From Candidatus Marinacidobacterium sp. (lineage in GTDB: Bacteria > Acidobacteriota > Vicinamibacteria > Marinacidobacterales > Marinacidobacteraceae), in assembly GCA_965204755.1 (NCBI GenBank), contig OZ242011.1, positions 1,056,001 through 1,120,000 of the forward strand: a stretch of DNA of 64,000 bases, read 5' to 3'. The notes below the pieces were generated by a model. It saw only the letters and a program-made list of their open reading frames with translations, was not told where the DNA came from and ran no database searches. The translations under genes were made by a program, and so were the position numbers. Numbering within the stretch: the first letter of the stretch is position 1; each line of letters opens with the position of its first letter. Below are positions 61,531 through 64,000 of the stretch, piece after piece.

Positions 61531-64000
61531 TCAGGCGGGAATCCCATCAGCACTCAGTCGCTCGACGCGGTGCCGGGAATCACCGGCCAGTCTTGTTTCC
61601 GCCCAGTCTCGCACTCCGGGATCATGCGTGAACAGGACGACCTGTCGATCTGCGGCGATCGAAAAAAGCGCATCCAGCACGGCGTCCCGCCGGTCCGTAT
61701 CGCTCGATGCCGTCGGATCGTCGAGGATCAGCGGACACTGCTCATCCGTCCGGCCGAGGTGTTCCGCCAAGGTGACTCGAAGCAGCAGGTAGATCTGCTC
61801 GGCCGTACCGCGCGACAGATCGGCTGCCGATCTCCATCGCTTTCGGTCCCCGCACACCTCGACGGCCAGCGTCCTCGGATCGACTCGACAATCGGTGTAA
61901 CGACCTCCGGTAACGCCGGCGAGCCTCTTACGAACACCGGACCTCAGGATCGGCGCCAAGTCTCGATGGATGCGCTCTTCCGCCTGTTCGAGGAAGCGAA
62001 TGGTCGTCTCGAGTGTCCTGTCGAGTTCCCGGACCCGATCCCGTTCCGCCTCGGTCGCCGCCAACGCCTCCTCGAGTTCCACCAGAACGGGGAGTGTCGC
62101 CTCGAGATGCTGCGACTCGCCGCTGGCCTTGTCGAGATCGCTGCGCCAACCATCCAACTCCTTCTGAAACGCGTCACGCATCCGCTCGACTGCCGCGGCC
62201 CCCTGGCTCCGCAGTTCTCCGGCCAGGTCGTTGTCCGCGCCTCTCGAGAGTCCCGCCGCCCGTTCGGCCGACTCCTTCGCTCGCCGCTCGAGTCCAGCAA
62301 GCGTGACGCCGTCGGTCTTCTCCCGATAGCGCCCCCATGCCTCACGACGGCGCTCGTACTCCTCGCGCTGCCTACCGCGCTCCGTGATCCACTTTCCAAC
62401 GGCGTCGGCCGCCGGCTCCGGCTCGGTCGCTTCCACGCCGGCGGACTTCGCCGCGCTGATCACGGCCCGGGCGAGGCGCCCCCTGCGAGAGACCTCCTCT
62501 TCGTAGGCGCTGTCCTGCGTCTGGCGGTCGAGGAGCGCTTCGCCCAGGCCCTTCCTCTGCGATTGCTCGTTCCGCTGCATGCTCTCCCGCAGCGCCGGTG
62601 TCGGGGCTTCGGCGCGGACTGCGACCACGCTTTCTTCTGAGGTGTCGCCCAGTACCCGTTCCCATTCGCCCTGCCGCTCATCCACCTCCCGCGAGAGTTC
62701 GTCGAGCGTTCGACCCTGGAGCAACGCTTGCAGCCTGCCCCAGTCTTCGTTACGCCGATCGAACTCTTTTCGCCGCTCCGTCTGTTTGGACTGCCACGAT
62801 TCCAGACTCCCAGCCGCTTCCTCCGGGTTCCCGGGCTTCAAGCCGGCCGACCGGGCGACATCCAGAAGACGACGCCCTTCCTTCTCTCGCTGCTCGACTC
62901 CGGCCTCGTAGGCATCCTCCTCGGCTCGCCGTTCGGCGAATTCCCGGTTCCATTTTTCGCGATCCGCGGCTGCGGAGCGCCGATGGCGATCCCAATCGGA
63001 ACCGGAAAGGGGCTGGCGTCGCGCCGCCTCGAGCCGGTCCGCGGAGGCGATGGAGGCCGCTTCGCGGGCCGTTCGATCGAGCTCGTCACACTCGGTTTCG
63101 AGATCCGCGAGAGGACGACCGGCGGTGACCTGCTCGAGAAGAGCCCGATCCGAGCGGAGCGCATCGAACGCTTCCCGATCCTTCCTCCGCGCGCTCATCC
63201 AGTCTCGGAGCGACTCGGCCTCCACTACCGCGCTCGTCGAAGTCGAGCCGATCTTCGCCGCCGCATCGCGAATCATCTGCTTCGCTCGTTCGATCCTCCG
63301 ACGGTCCTGCTCATACGCTTGGTCATCCACGCGCCTCACGGTGATCGCCCGCTCCAATTCGCGGCGGCGAGCCGTGAGTTCTTCCAGCCGGCGTTGACGC
63401 TCCGCGGTCCGCTCGCGAACAGCCTTCGCGAACCACCAGATCCCGCCGGCGACGACGGCGGCCGATGCCGTCCATGCGGCGAGGCTGCCGGTCACGCCGG
63501 AAAGAGCGAGAAGCGCCAGCACGACTCCGATCCCGTAGAGCGAAGGACGCCCTCGAAGCGCCTCTGCAGCGCCGCGCCCTTCAGCCAGACCCATCACTTC
63601 CCGATCGACCTCGACCAGTTCCGCCGAGAGGTCGGCCTCGGTCGAGCCGGGCGGCCGCTCGCTGTCGGGCCGCTCGTCCCACCGACGCAGCGCTTCGCCG
63701 ACCTCTCGCTCGACTGGCTCGTGTTCGCTCGGTCGCCGCTCGGGGGCGCCACTCACAAGTTCGGCGAGGCCCCGCGCCTCTTCCAGGACACTACGGCGTT
63801 CATGCGCTTCGACTTCCGCGTGAACCGCCGCGCGCGCCTGCTCCTCGACGCGCGACGCCTCGATCTTGGCCGCGACCTGATCCGAGGACACGCCGACCAG
63901 CGGCTTCGGGGCCTGAGAGCCTCGCCAACTCTCCAGGGCGACAGCCACCCGTTGCTCCAACTCCTCGTGGTCTCCGCCCAACGGACGAGGTGCCCCGTTC
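61531..64000 (-). CDS. SMC/Rad50/YhaN-like ABC ATPase with TM hairpin, 5'-partial
   Basis: C-terminal LSRGTAEQIYLLLR, PLILDDP, QVVLFTHD; long coiled coil; hydrophobic hairpin LYGIGVVLALL...GGIWWF; frame open to the window edge. Confidence 0.85.
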   Translation of the reverse strand, partial: NGAPRPLGGDHEELEQRVAVALESWRGSQAPKPLVGVSSDQVAAKIEASRVEEQARAAVHAEVEAHERRSVLEEARGLAELVSGAPERRPSEHEPVEREVGEALRRWDERPDSERPPGSTEADLSAELVEVDREVMGLAEGRGAAEALRGRPSLYGIGVVLALLALSGVTGSLAAWTASAAVVAGGIWWFAKAVRERTAERQRRLEELTARRRELERAITVRRVDDQAYEQDRRRIERAKQMIRDAAAKIGSTSTSAVVEAESLRDWMSARRKDREAFDALRSDRALLEQVTAGRPLADLETECDELDRTAREAASIASADRLEAARRQPLSGSDWDRHRRSAAADREKWNREFAERRAEEDAYEAGVEQREKEGRRLLDVARSAGLKPGNPEEAAGSLESWQSKQTERRKEFDRRNEDWGRLQALLQGRTLDELSREVDERQGEWERVLGDTSEESVVAVRAEAPTPALRESMQRNEQSQRKGLGEALLDRQTQDSAYEEEVSRRGRLARAVISAAKSAGVEATEPEPAADAVGKWITERGRQREEYERRREAWGRYREKTDGVTLAGLERRAKESAERAAGLSRGADNDLAGELRSQGAAAVERMRDAFQKELDGWRSDLDKASGESQHLEATLPVLVELEEALAATEAERDRVRELDRTLETTIRFLEQAEERIHRDLAPILRSGVRKRLAGVTGGRYTDCRVDPRTLAVEVCGDRKRWRSAADLSRGTAEQIYLLLRVTLAEHLGRTDEQCPLILDDPTASSDTDRRDAVLDALFSIAADRQVVLFTHDPGVRDWAETRLAGDSRHRVERLSADGIPA

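Overview
GC-rich bacterial chromosomal window (gene content compatible with Acidobacteriota, but taxonomy cannot be fixed from sequence alone). The housekeeping backbone is ychF (partial), a dcw cluster (mraZ-rsmH-ftsL-ftsI-murE-murF-mraY-murD-ftsW-murG-murC-ftsQ-like-ftsA-ftsZ-pgeF, without murB/ddl), radical SAM/zinc-ribbon/tRNA(CAT)/rpoD/dnaG, larB, fadD-gatB-kinase-mqnD, coaX, a PLP dehydratase and acnA. Several defence-like islets sit between these genes with no visible integrase: an ABC/AAA ATPase plus a small PD-(D/E)XK-like protein, Schlafen/AlbA_2 plus orphan ParA, an orphan Phd antitoxin, a Lamassu (ABC-3C) HNH system, and a DNA methyltransferase plus a DUF4011-helicase-nuclease. The most striking element is an array of five intact, translationally coupled, mosaic Uma2/DUF820-like nuclease paralogs (57238-61322, 815-818 bp period). 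It ends in a degenerate sixth start and faces a membrane-anchored SMC/YhaN-like ATPase with three gapless 135-aa repeats. Also notable are an FtsZ with a ~280-aa Pro/Ala N-terminal extension and a one-base murC frameshift that fuses it to the ftsQ-like gene. All family calls come from motif recognition by eye; no database search was run.
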